A DNA stretch of 64,000 nucleotides from an uncultured Elusimicrobia bacterium (GTDB lineage Bacteria; Elusimicrobiota; Elusimicrobia; UBA1565; UBA9628), in assembly GCA_903830945.1 (NCBI GenBank), contig CAIKVT010000024.1, positions 11,804-75,803 on the forward strand, given 5' to 3'. Below, piece by piece: positions 55,397-63,541 of this stretch. The notes below the pieces were generated by a model, which saw only the letters and a program-made list of their open reading frames with translations, had not been told where the DNA came from and made no database searches. Every line of letters starts with the position of its first letter. Positions within the stretch are counted from its first letter, which is position 1. Made by a program: the position numbers and the translations under genes.

Positions 55397-56023
55397 ATGA
55401 GCTTTAACGTCAACATCAAAGATATCCTGCTCGCCGGAGGAGCAACCCTTTGGTTGCTCATCGGCCTTTCCGTATACTCCATCGCGCTCATATGGCAGCG
55501 CTGGTGTTTTATGCGAAGCGCCACCGATGGCAAGCAAGCCTTGCTAAGCAAACTGCGCTCGCTCATCGCCTCGGGGAACCTATCGGATGCCGTCAAGCTC
55601 TGCCAAGCCCATAAAGGGCTCGCCGGCCCCATCCTCATAGCCAGCCTCGCCGGCTCGCCCAACCGCGACGAGCGCAAACGCGCCGTCGAACGCGAAGTCG
55701 AACGGGCGGTATCCGCCATCCAAAAGGGAACCACGCTGCTGGGCACGGTCGCGACCGTCGCCCCATTCATCGGTCTCTTCGGAACGGTCGTGGGCGTCAT
55801 GCGCGCCTTCCGAGATCTGGCCAGCGCCACGGGCGCCGGTCCCGGAGTAGTCGCCATCGGCATCTCCGAGGCGCTGGTCTGCACCGCCGCGGGCCTCTTC
55901 GTGGCCATCCCAGCCGTCGCCGCCTACAACTACATCAACCACCGCGCGGCCCGTTTCGCAGAGGACCTGAGCTGGGCCTGCGACGAGGTGCTGGACAGTC
56001 TCTCGGAGAAGGCCCGGTCGTGA
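55397..56023 (+). CDS. MotA/TolQ/ExbB proton channel
   Basis: LGTVATVAPFIGLFGTVVG, GISEALVCTAAGL.VAIPA. Preceded by TGaCATAAT-N6-ATG. Confidence 0.94.
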   Translation: MSFNVNIKDILLAGGATLWLLIGLSVYSIALIWQRWCFMRSATDGKQALLSKLRSLIASGNLSDAVKLCQAHKGLAGPILIASLAGSPNRDERKRAVEREVERAVSAIQKGTTLLGTVATVAPFIGLFGTVVGVMRAFRDLASATGAGPGVVAIGISEALVCTAAGLFVAIPAVAAYNYINHRAARFAEDLSWACDEVLDSLSEKARS

Positions 56024-56439
56024 AGATCGCCCCCGGACGCCGGACCTTCGCGGAGATGAACCTCATCCCTCTCATCGACATCTCGCTGATCCTGGTCATC
56101 ATCTTCATGGTGCTCACGCCGATACTGGTGCAATCCCAACTCACGGTCAAACTTCCCAAGGCGCAGTCCGGCGCCCCGGCCGCCGCCGAGACCACGGTCA
56201 ACGTCCAGATCAGCCGCGGCGGTGCCGTTCTCGTCGAAGGCCAACCCGTGCGCTGGGACAAGCTCGAGCGCGAACTGACCCTGCGACTGCCCAAGTCCGC
56301 CCAGAAGACCCTGCTGGTCCAAGCGGACCGCAGCGTCCCCGTCGAAAAGGTAGTCACGGTCCTCGACGTGGCCAAGCGCCTGGGAGTAGGCAAGCTCGGC
56401 ATCGGGGTCTCCCCGGAGGCCGGCGAGTCCAGGCCGTGA
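56020..56439 (+). CDS. ExbD/TolR protein
   Basis: EMNLIPLIDISLILVIIFMV, VKLPKA, QADRSV. Confidence 0.94.
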   Translation: MKIAPGRRTFAEMNLIPLIDISLILVIIFMVLTPILVQSQLTVKLPKAQSGAPAAAETTVNVQISRGGAVLVEGQPVRWDKLERELTLRLPKSAQKTLLVQADRSVPVEKVVTVLDVAKRLGVGKLGIGVSPEAGESRP

Positions 56440-57128
56440 GCGCCGCTGCTGGCGACCTCAAGCCGTACCTGAGCTATTCCCTGGCCGTCCATATCGGGGC
56501 GGCCGCCCTGGCTCTGGCGCTCTACAACGCCGCCAGAATCAGTTCGACGTCCGTCTACATGATCGACTTCGTGGGACCCACCGCCACCATCCTCAGCCCG
56601 CAAACCGAGACTGCAGCCGCGACCATTGGCCCGGCGCCCGCGCTGCAGCCCCAAACCGAAGCAGACGAGTTCTCCTCGCGACGACACAAGCGCGCTCCCC
56701 TGCCCAGGCCCAGCCTCCTGCGCGGCTGGAGCGAGCCGATCGCCGAGGAAAAGCCCGTCGCCTCGGTCCCAACGGCTACGCCGCAGCCCGCAGCGGCGGG
56801 CGAACCTGCCAGAGGGGCCCCCGGGCAGGCGGGCATCGCCACGGACATGCCCAATTTCCCTTATCCTTGGTACATCAGCCAGATCCGTCAGATCCTTTGG
56901 GAGCAATGGTCCAGCCGCATGCCCAAGTGGGCAGGCGAGTGCGTCGTGGTCTTCTCCCTGCTGCCCAACGGACGATTCGCGGATCTGCGCACCGAAGAGA
57001 GTTCCGGGGACCGAGCTTTCGATCTGACCGCCTTGAGCGCGGTCCAGGACGGGGCCCCCTACCCGCCATTGCCCCGGGGCTTCAAGGAGCCTTTCTTAAA
57101 GATACATCTCACCTTAAAAAGCCTCTGA
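56436..57128 (+). CDS. TonB/TolA-like energy transducer
   Basis: TM with SxxxH (SLAVH), Pro/Ala linker, C-terminal SSGD..FD..A..AV....PYPPLP. Confidence 0.85.
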   Translation: MSAAAGDLKPYLSYSLAVHIGAAALALALYNAARISSTSVYMIDFVGPTATILSPQTETAAATIGPAPALQPQTEADEFSSRRHKRAPLPRPSLLRGWSEPIAEEKPVASVPTATPQPAAAGEPARGAPGQAGIATDMPNFPYPWYISQIRQILWEQWSSRMPKWAGECVVVFSLLPNGRFADLRTEESSGDRAFDLTALSAVQDGAPYPPLPRGFKEPFLKIHLTLKSL

Positions 57129-57259
57129 GGGCTCTAGCCGACACCCTCCATCCGCCGACTTTTACCATATTTTTAACAAGACTTTTCTGTTTTTTTAAAA
57201 ACTTGAAATAAAGAATATGGATTTTCTGATACACTATAAGCAGCTAGAGCGATGCCCAG

Positions 57260-58909
57260 ATGAAGGAACGACCGGACGAAGAAAAGAAGCAGGAAAAACA
57301 CGACGCGCCAGCGCCGGATATCCCCGACCTTAAGAAGAGGGAAAAGGAACGCAAGAAGGCGGGGGCGGCCTGGGGCGGTGGGCGGCCTTTGGGAGGGCCA
57401 TTCGCGGGAGCGACCGGCGGTGCGGGAACCGCCGGCATCGAGGCCGTCGTGGGCGAAGGCCGGATCGCGGCCGCAGCGGCGCAGAGCGGCGTAGGCGCGG
57501 CCGAGTCAGAAGCCGTGGCCAGAGCCGGGGCGGCTGCGGTAGCAGGCACGGCCGCAGTGCTGCCCGCGGGCCTCGGCTGGCTGGGCCAGGCGAGCGCAAG
57601 CTACCTGGGCAAGATATTGATCGGAATCGGCTTGGCCTCGGTGCTGGCCGGCGTCGGGCTCTACACCTACATGCGTCTTCACGAAAAGCCGGCCCTCCCT
57701 CCGGGCGAACTGGCCCCGATATCCGACTCCATCCAGATGCGCCATGGACAGAACGACGCTCGTCTGCGCATGGCCGCCCAGGCCGGCCATGGGCAGTTCA
57801 AGTTCGATGACAAGACCCCGCCCGCGGCCGAGACGCCCGCCGCGGCAGAAAAATCCCAGACGCAGGCGCCGGAGACGCCGGCAGAAAATCCCTGGGGCGA
57901 CATCCTCTCCGCGACCCAGGGCCCTCGCGACTCCGGCCAGCCTTGGGGATCGGCCCCGAACTCCGGCGGCCAAAACCTCCTTTCCATGCAGACAGGATCC
58001 GGGACTCATAATTCCGCCGGCCGCATCCCGCGCTATCCCGGCCAGAAGGGCCGCCTATCCAAGGCCTTGGAGCACGGCGCGAGTCACTCAAACCAGACGT
58101 CACCCATGCGCACCCGCAACATCCGCTCGGGGCGGGCCTTCGCCCAACTCCGCTATGCGCGAGGCATGTCCGTGCTGGCGGCGCGCGGGTCCAGCGAGCA
58201 AGGCATGAGGATGACTGCGCTGACAGCCTTCGAGCAGGCCGACACGCAGGGCGGGCAGATCTCGCCGATCGACTCAGCGGTCCCAGTGAACCCGTCCGCC
58301 AGCGGAGGCGAATATGGAGGAACGGCGCCGCTTCTCGGCGATCCTAACGCCCTACCTGACGAGCAGCCCTCACCTCCCGGCGCCGTGGATCCCGCACAAG
58401 CGCAGAACTATCAAAACCCGATGAACGGCATCAAGGGCCTCGGCGCTTCGGCCGGCATGCTCAAATTGCTCGCCGTTCTACTTATCGCCATCGGGATCAT
58501 CCTCATCATCATAGGAGCCTGTCTCATCGCGATCGGCTCGGCGATGTTCCTCGGCACAGGCATACCACTCATCATTGCCGGCATCGCCCTCATCATCATG
58601 GGCGCCATGCTGATCGCCATGGCCATCATGATGCTCATGGCGGCCCAGAAGATGGCGGCCCAGGCCAAGGCCGCGGCCGCCGCGCTCGAATCGGCCTATG
58701 GCCAGGATTACGAGAAGCAGAACGTCGATTCCTGCGTCCAGCAAGCCGTCGACAACGGGACAAGCCCCGATGCGTGCCAGTCCCCCAACCCGACCCCCCA
58801 CTACACCGACAGCGCGACCGACGCGAGCAATGTCCAGAAGTCCGTCAAGGACGAACGGGGCGCCAACGCCGAATATGACGACGGCACGCCGGTGTTCCAA
58901 AAAAAGTAG
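57260..58909 (+). CDS. Hypothetical membrane protein with a long heptad-periodic hydrophobic hairpin
   Basis: Charged N-terminus, Gly/Ala-rich region, one TM, Pro-rich linker, about 60-residue hydrophobic block, C-terminal Cys pair. Confidence 0.75.
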   Translation: MKERPDEEKKQEKHDAPAPDIPDLKKREKERKKAGAAWGGGRPLGGPFAGATGGAGTAGIEAVVGEGRIAAAAAQSGVGAAESEAVARAGAAAVAGTAAVLPAGLGWLGQASASYLGKILIGIGLASVLAGVGLYTYMRLHEKPALPPGELAPISDSIQMRHGQNDARLRMAAQAGHGQFKFDDKTPPAAETPAAAEKSQTQAPETPAENPWGDILSATQGPRDSGQPWGSAPNSGGQNLLSMQTGSGTHNSAGRIPRYPGQKGRLSKALEHGASHSNQTSPMRTRNIRSGRAFAQLRYARGMSVLAARGSSEQGMRMTALTAFEQADTQGGQISPIDSAVPVNPSASGGEYGGTAPLLGDPNALPDEQPSPPGAVDPAQAQNYQNPMNGIKGLGASAGMLKLLAVLLIAIGIILIIIGACLIAIGSAMFLGTGIPLIIAGIALIIMGAMLIAMAIMMLMAAQKMAAQAKAAAAALESAYGQDYEKQNVDSCVQQAVDNGTSPDACQSPNPTPHYTDSATDASNVQKSVKDERGANAEYDDGTPVFQKK

Positions 58910-58915
58910 CGGCGC

Positions 58916-58944
58916 TTGAAACTGGGAATCGCCTAGGCTATACT
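58916..58944 (+). promoter_or_regulatory. sigma70-type promoter (leaderless geometry)
   Basis: TTGAAA-N17-TATACT-N7-ATG(58952). Confidence 0.65.
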
Positions 58945-58951
58945 CATGGTG

Positions 58952-59800
58952 ATGCGCTATTGGCTCCGGGTCGATCGGGATATCCAAGGACCATACACCA
59001 TCGAAGAGCTGTCCGCCCAAGGCGCCCAGGACTCAACGCTGGTCTGCCCGGAGGGCCTCCCCCGCGACCGACACGAGAACTGGCTGCCTTTACGCAAGGC
59101 CAAGGAGCCGCCAAGATTCTACGTGCGCGTCGACTCCCAGGTCCACGGTCCCCTGACCGGCGCCGAACTGGACCGCCTCGGCGGATTCTGCGGCGACACA
59201 TTGGTCTGCCCGGAGCGGCGCGACCACCGGGAGCGCTGGAACTGGGCTGCGGCCAAGACCTTCGCCGCTCTGGCTCCGGGCGAGGTCGCAGCCTCTGTCG
59301 CGCCGGCGTCCCGCGCTGCCGTCGCCACACCCAAAGGGATCCTTCTGAGGGAATTCGTCGCCGCGGCACAATGCTTCTGGAACAATCCTATAGTGCCCGT
59401 GGCCGCGGGCATGGCGGCGCTGATCCTAGGTCTTCTGCTCTGGCTGCAGTTCTCCTTCCGGCCGCGCGTCCAACAGACCTATCTGCGAGTCCACACGAGC
59501 TTGGACCTCGCGTCTTTAGCCGTCCTCCAGGCCCGCCACCATCGGCAGACCGGCGTCTATGCCGACGATCTCGAGTCCTTGATCCGCGACTCGGGCGATC
59601 CCGGACTGCCCGCCAAAATGGCCAAGGACCTCGACATGTCGACTTTGCTCGTCCGTGGCAACGCCAGCCGTTTCGTGCTGGAGGCCAACTCCCTCGATGA
59701 AAACCGCACGCTGATACGCTTCGAAGTCCCGGCCCCTATTGCGAGGATGGAGAAAACGACTGCGGTCTCCCAGCACAAAGCCTCTGCCGGGACGCCGTGA
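58952..59800 (+). CDS. Tandem GYF_2(DUF4339)-like domains, TM helix and pilin-like C-terminal domain
   Basis: Two repeats Y/F..VD....GP(Y/L)T..EL......TLVCPE......W; TM; LASLAVLQARHHRQTGVYADDLESL resembles a PilE-type pilin helix. Confidence 0.7.
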   Translation: MRYWLRVDRDIQGPYTIEELSAQGAQDSTLVCPEGLPRDRHENWLPLRKAKEPPRFYVRVDSQVHGPLTGAELDRLGGFCGDTLVCPERRDHRERWNWAAAKTFAALAPGEVAASVAPASRAAVATPKGILLREFVAAAQCFWNNPIVPVAAGMAALILGLLLWLQFSFRPRVQQTYLRVHTSLDLASLAVLQARHHRQTGVYADDLESLIRDSGDPGLPAKMAKDLDMSTLLVRGNASRFVLEANSLDENRTLIRFEVPAPIARMEKTTAVSQHKASAGTP

Positions 59801-59821
59801 CATGGCCAAGGGACTGCGACC

Positions 59822-60142
59822 ATGGACGTGATGATCTTCGACGACGACCCCTACGCGGCGGAGCTCATCGCCACGATCGTCGGCGACGAAGAGCGCAACG
59901 TCGAGAAGCATCTCGACAAGATCGACGCCCTGGAAAAGATCCGCCGCGGACGTCCCCGCCTGGTGGTGGCGGACATCATGATGCCGGGGATGGACGGCAT
60001 CTCCCTGTGCCGGGCCGTGAGGTCCGACCCCGCCCTGACCTCCGTTCAGGTCGTGATCTGCTCGGCCAAGCAGTTCGACGAGGACCGGCAGAACGCTCAG
60101 GCCGCAGGCGCGGCCGAGGCCGGACAAGTCCTCGAATCCTGA
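59822..60142 (+). CDS. Truncated/atypical receiver protein (lacks the beta5 KP motif), possible pseudogene
   Basis: IFDDD, VADIMMPGMDG, ICSAK, then ends AGAAEAGQVLES. SD AAGGGA. Confidence 0.7.
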   Translation: MDVMIFDDDPYAAELIATIVGDEERNVEKHLDKIDALEKIRRGRPRLVVADIMMPGMDGISLCRAVRSDPALTSVQVVICSAKQFDEDRQNAQAAGAAEAGQVLES

Positions 60143-60159
60143 CGCAGGAAGAAACAGCC

Positions 60160-61563
60160 ATGTTTCCACGCAGGCGCAGAGTGCCAAGACTCGACGTCCT
60201 TCTGGTGGATGACGAGGATTATTACCAAAGATCGCTCCATCCCATTCTCAGCGCCATCACCAAGAAGATCACGAATTTCATGCTGGCGTGGTCTTTTGAA
60301 CCGCCCCGACTCGCGCTGCCGCTTCTGTCGGCCTACCTCCAGAAGGCCGGGATGAGCGTCGCCTGCGTGTATCATTATTCCAACGGGATCTTCAAGAAAT
60401 GGACCTTCACAAGATTGCTGCGGAAAAAGCCTCTCATCGTCGGGATATCGACCACCGCCATCGGCAGGACACGGACCCTGGAGAACATCGTCGCCCGAGT
60501 CCGGCGCGAAAGCCCCCGGTCCCGGATCGTTCTGGGCGGCTTCGGCGCCCAATACCGGACCGCGATGCGCCGGTTGGGCGACGTGGTGGTCTCGGATTTC
60601 GGTGAGCTGGCGCTGGTGAAACTGGTCGAATCGCTCAAGCGCGATCCGAACCTGGACTCGGTGGCAGGCATCACCAAAGGCCCGGATCAGGTGCGGGTGC
60701 TCCCGGGCCGCACGGGGTTTTATCCGGATGAGACAATGCTCCATCCGGACCTGAGCGTAATCGATGCCTATTTCAGGTCCATCCCCATCGAGGCCTCGCG
60801 GGGCTGCCGCTACAACTGCAGTTACTGCGTCGTGCCCGGCAAAAGGCGGCACGTGTTCAGAAAGCCCGCCGACGTGATCGAGGAGATCAAGGAACAAGTC
60901 CGGAAATACAAGAAAAATCATCTCTACTTTGTGGACCCCAATCTGACCTCGGATTCGGACTTCATCCTCGAGCTCATGGGACTGCTCAAAAAGGCAGAAC
61001 CAGAAGTGCGCTGGTACTGCATGGGGAGAGTCGACGATTTCGCCCGGCAACCCGCTTTGGCCGCAGCCATGGTCGCCGCCGGCTGCTACAAGGTCATGCT
61101 CGGCATCGAGTCCATCCATGACCACATCCTGGCCAAGATGCGCAAGGGCTATACCCGCAGCGTCGTGGAGGCCGGCCTCCAGTCGATCACGGCGGCGCGC
61201 TTGCCGATGTGCGCCAGCTTCATGGTCGGCTTCCCCGGGGAAACGGTCCAGACGACGGAGGCCACCGTGGATTTCATACTCAAGGCTAATCTGGACGCCG
61301 TCGGCTTGTTCACGCTGATGGTGTCGAAGGAACTTTTCGAGGAAGCCCGCGCCGATCCGGGATCATACCGCCATCTGCGGGGGGATTCACCCACGCGCTG
61401 GATCCACGACACCATGGATTACCAACAGGCGGAGCATTTGACGCAGCGGATGGTCTCCCGCATCAACCGTCACTCCCTGCTGCCGGTCGCGAATTCGCTC
61501 AAATTCTGGATCTGGGAACGGGACCGAGACGTCGCGGCGGCGGTCCCACCGGATAAAAAATAG
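60160..61563 (+). CDS. Cobalamin-binding radical SAM enzyme (paralog 1)
   Basis: PPRLAL..LSAYL, VGISTT, IVLGG, GE, EASRGCRYNCSYC, FVDPN, GIES, MRKG, MVGFPGET. Confidence 0.92.
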   Translation: MFPRRRRVPRLDVLLVDDEDYYQRSLHPILSAITKKITNFMLAWSFEPPRLALPLLSAYLQKAGMSVACVYHYSNGIFKKWTFTRLLRKKPLIVGISTTAIGRTRTLENIVARVRRESPRSRIVLGGFGAQYRTAMRRLGDVVVSDFGELALVKLVESLKRDPNLDSVAGITKGPDQVRVLPGRTGFYPDETMLHPDLSVIDAYFRSIPIEASRGCRYNCSYCVVPGKRRHVFRKPADVIEEIKEQVRKYKKNHLYFVDPNLTSDSDFILELMGLLKKAEPEVRWYCMGRVDDFARQPALAAAMVAAGCYKVMLGIESIHDHILAKMRKGYTRSVVEAGLQSITAARLPMCASFMVGFPGETVQTTEATVDFILKANLDAVGLFTLMVSKELFEEARADPGSYRHLRGDSPTRWIHDTMDYQQAEHLTQRMVSRINRHSLLPVANSLKFWIWERDRDVAAAVPPDKK

Positions 61564-61577
61564 AGACCAGTCAAAAA

Positions 61578-62987
61578 ATGACCATGTTCCAACGAGAACG
61601 GAAAGCGCGCGGACTCGACGTCCTTCTGGTGGAAGACGAAGATTATTACCGCCGGGTGTTCCATCCTTTCCTCAGCTCCATCATCAAGAGGATCGTAAAT
61701 CTCATGCTGGCGCTGACTTTGGAACCGCCCCGGCTCGCGCTTCCCATGCTGTCAGCCTACCTCAAAGATGCCGGGATGAACGTCGCCTGCGTGTATCATT
61801 ACTCCAACGGGATCTTTAAAAAATGGACCTTCACGAGATTACTGCGGAGAAAGCCCCTCATCGTCGGGATATCGACCACCGCCATCGATCAGACCCGAAC
61901 CCTGGAAAACATCGTCGCTCGAGTCCGGCTCGAGAGCCCCCAGTCCCTGATCGTACTGGGCGGATACGGCGCCCAATACAGCGCCGAGATGCGCCGATTG
62001 GGCGACGTGGTGGTCACGGATTGCGGGGAGCTGGCGCTGGTGAAACTGGTCGAATCGCTCAAGCGCGACCTCGACCTGGACTCGGTGGCAGGCATCACCC
62101 GGGATTCGGACCAGGTGCGGATGCTCCCGGGCCGCACGGGGTTTTATCCGGATGAGACGATGCTCCATCCGGACCTGAGCGCGATCGACACCTATTTCCG
62201 GTGCATGCCCGTCGAAGCCTCGCGAGGCTGCCGCTACAACTGCAGCTACTGCGCCGTGCCCGGCAAAAGGCGGCACATGTTCAGGAAGCCCGCCGACGTG
62301 ATCGAGGAGATCAAGGAACAAGTCCGGAAATACAGGAAAAAGAATCTATACTTCGTGGACCCCAATCTGACCTCGAACCCGGACTTCATCTTCGAACTCA
62401 TGGAACGGCTCAAGAAGGCGCAGCTTGGCGTGCGCTGGCACTGCATGGGACGAGTCGACGATTTTGCCCGGCAGCCCGCCTTGGCCGGGGCCATGGTCGC
62501 CGCCGGCTGCTACAGGGTTATGCTCGGCATCGAGTCCATCCATGACCACATCCTGGCCAGGATGCGCAAAGGCTATACCCGCAGCGTCGTGGAGGCCGGC
62601 CTCCAATCGATCGCTGCGGCGCATCTGCCGGTATGCGCCAGCTTCATGATCGGCTTCCCCGGGGAAACGGTCCAGACGACGGAGGCCACCGTGGATTTCA
62701 TACTCAAGGCCGGCTTCAACATCATCTCATTGGCGCCGCTGATGGTGTCAAAGGAGCTTTTCGAGGAAGCCCGCGCCAAGCCGGAATTCCACCATCATCT
62801 CCGGGGGGATTCGCCCAGACATTGGATCCATGACACCATGGATTATAATCAGGCGGAAGATTTGACGCAGAAAATGGTGGCCCGCATCAACCGCAATTCC
62901 CTGTTCCCGGTCGCGCTGGCGCTCAGATTCTGGGATCGGGAACGAGACAAAGACATTGCGGCCTCTTTCCCAACAAACCCGGAGTAA
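61578..62987 (+). CDS. Cobalamin-binding radical SAM enzyme (paralog 2)
   Basis: Same motifs as paralog 1; colinear tandem duplicate. Confidence 0.92.
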   Translation: MTMFQRERKARGLDVLLVEDEDYYRRVFHPFLSSIIKRIVNLMLALTLEPPRLALPMLSAYLKDAGMNVACVYHYSNGIFKKWTFTRLLRRKPLIVGISTTAIDQTRTLENIVARVRLESPQSLIVLGGYGAQYSAEMRRLGDVVVTDCGELALVKLVESLKRDLDLDSVAGITRDSDQVRMLPGRTGFYPDETMLHPDLSAIDTYFRCMPVEASRGCRYNCSYCAVPGKRRHMFRKPADVIEEIKEQVRKYRKKNLYFVDPNLTSNPDFIFELMERLKKAQLGVRWHCMGRVDDFARQPALAGAMVAAGCYRVMLGIESIHDHILARMRKGYTRSVVEAGLQSIAAAHLPVCASFMIGFPGETVQTTEATVDFILKAGFNIISLAPLMVSKELFEEARAKPEFHHHLRGDSPRHWIHDTMDYNQAEDLTQKMVARINRNSLFPVALALRFWDRERDKDIAASFPTNPE

Positions 62988-62990
62988 GAC

Positions 62991-63467
62991 TTAGGCGCGC
63001 TCCAGCATCTCTCTCAGACGCGCCGCGATGTCATCGACACAACGCTTGAGACGCGAGTGCGGGAAGAAGAACAAGGTGACCAGGTTCCCGAAGTAGCGGT
63101 GCGTGAAATTGAACTCCAGGCGCAGGTCGACCCGGGTGGTCAAAGAATCCTGCGGCGCGGTCTCGACGGAGAAGAAGGCTTCCGAGCAATACCAGTGGCG
63201 GGCCGCGGACTGCGTGTGCACCGCGAAGAGGCGGGGGGCCTCCCAACGCTCGATCGTCCCTTCATGGAACACGTCGCCCCCGATGCTGATCCGGCACCGG
63301 GCACCGGCGCCGGAGCCGGCGCCATCGACGAGCTCGACACCGGCCTTTTTGTTCGCGAATATACGCTGCGCGGCGGTCAGCTCATCCCAGTTCTTGAGCT
63401 CCGAGACGATCGACCATACCTTGAACTGGGGAGCCGGCACGACGAAGGACTTCTCCACGATGGCCAC
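62991..63467 (-). CDS. SRPBCC/START (polyketide cyclase-like) protein
   Basis: VPAP..KVW..V....NW, GAGARC, WEAP; GTG start after TTGACA-N17-TATATA-N6. Confidence 0.72.
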   Translation of the reverse strand: MAIVEKSFVVPAPQFKVWSIVSELKNWDELTAAQRIFANKKAGVELVDGAGSGAGARCRISIGGDVFHEGTIERWEAPRLFAVHTQSAARHWYCSEAFFSVETAPQDSLTTRVDLRLEFNFTHRYFGNLVTLFFFPHSRLKRCVDDIAARLREMLERA

Positions 63468-63541
63468 AGTCAATATATAACAGCTTTTCCAATGAGTGTC
63501 AAGCGAAGCGTCGCCGTGATCCCGGCCCTCTTCAAAAACCG

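Noticed and set aside
59797-60159. N-terminal extension of radical SAM paralog 1 (588-aa ORF)
   Set aside because: It is an alternate frame of the receiver gene; paralog 2 aligns only from the ATG at 60160.
57128-63000. RiPP cluster around the radical SAM pair
   Set aside because: No short precursor ORF, RRE/PqqD domain, SPASM motif or peptidase-transporter is visible.
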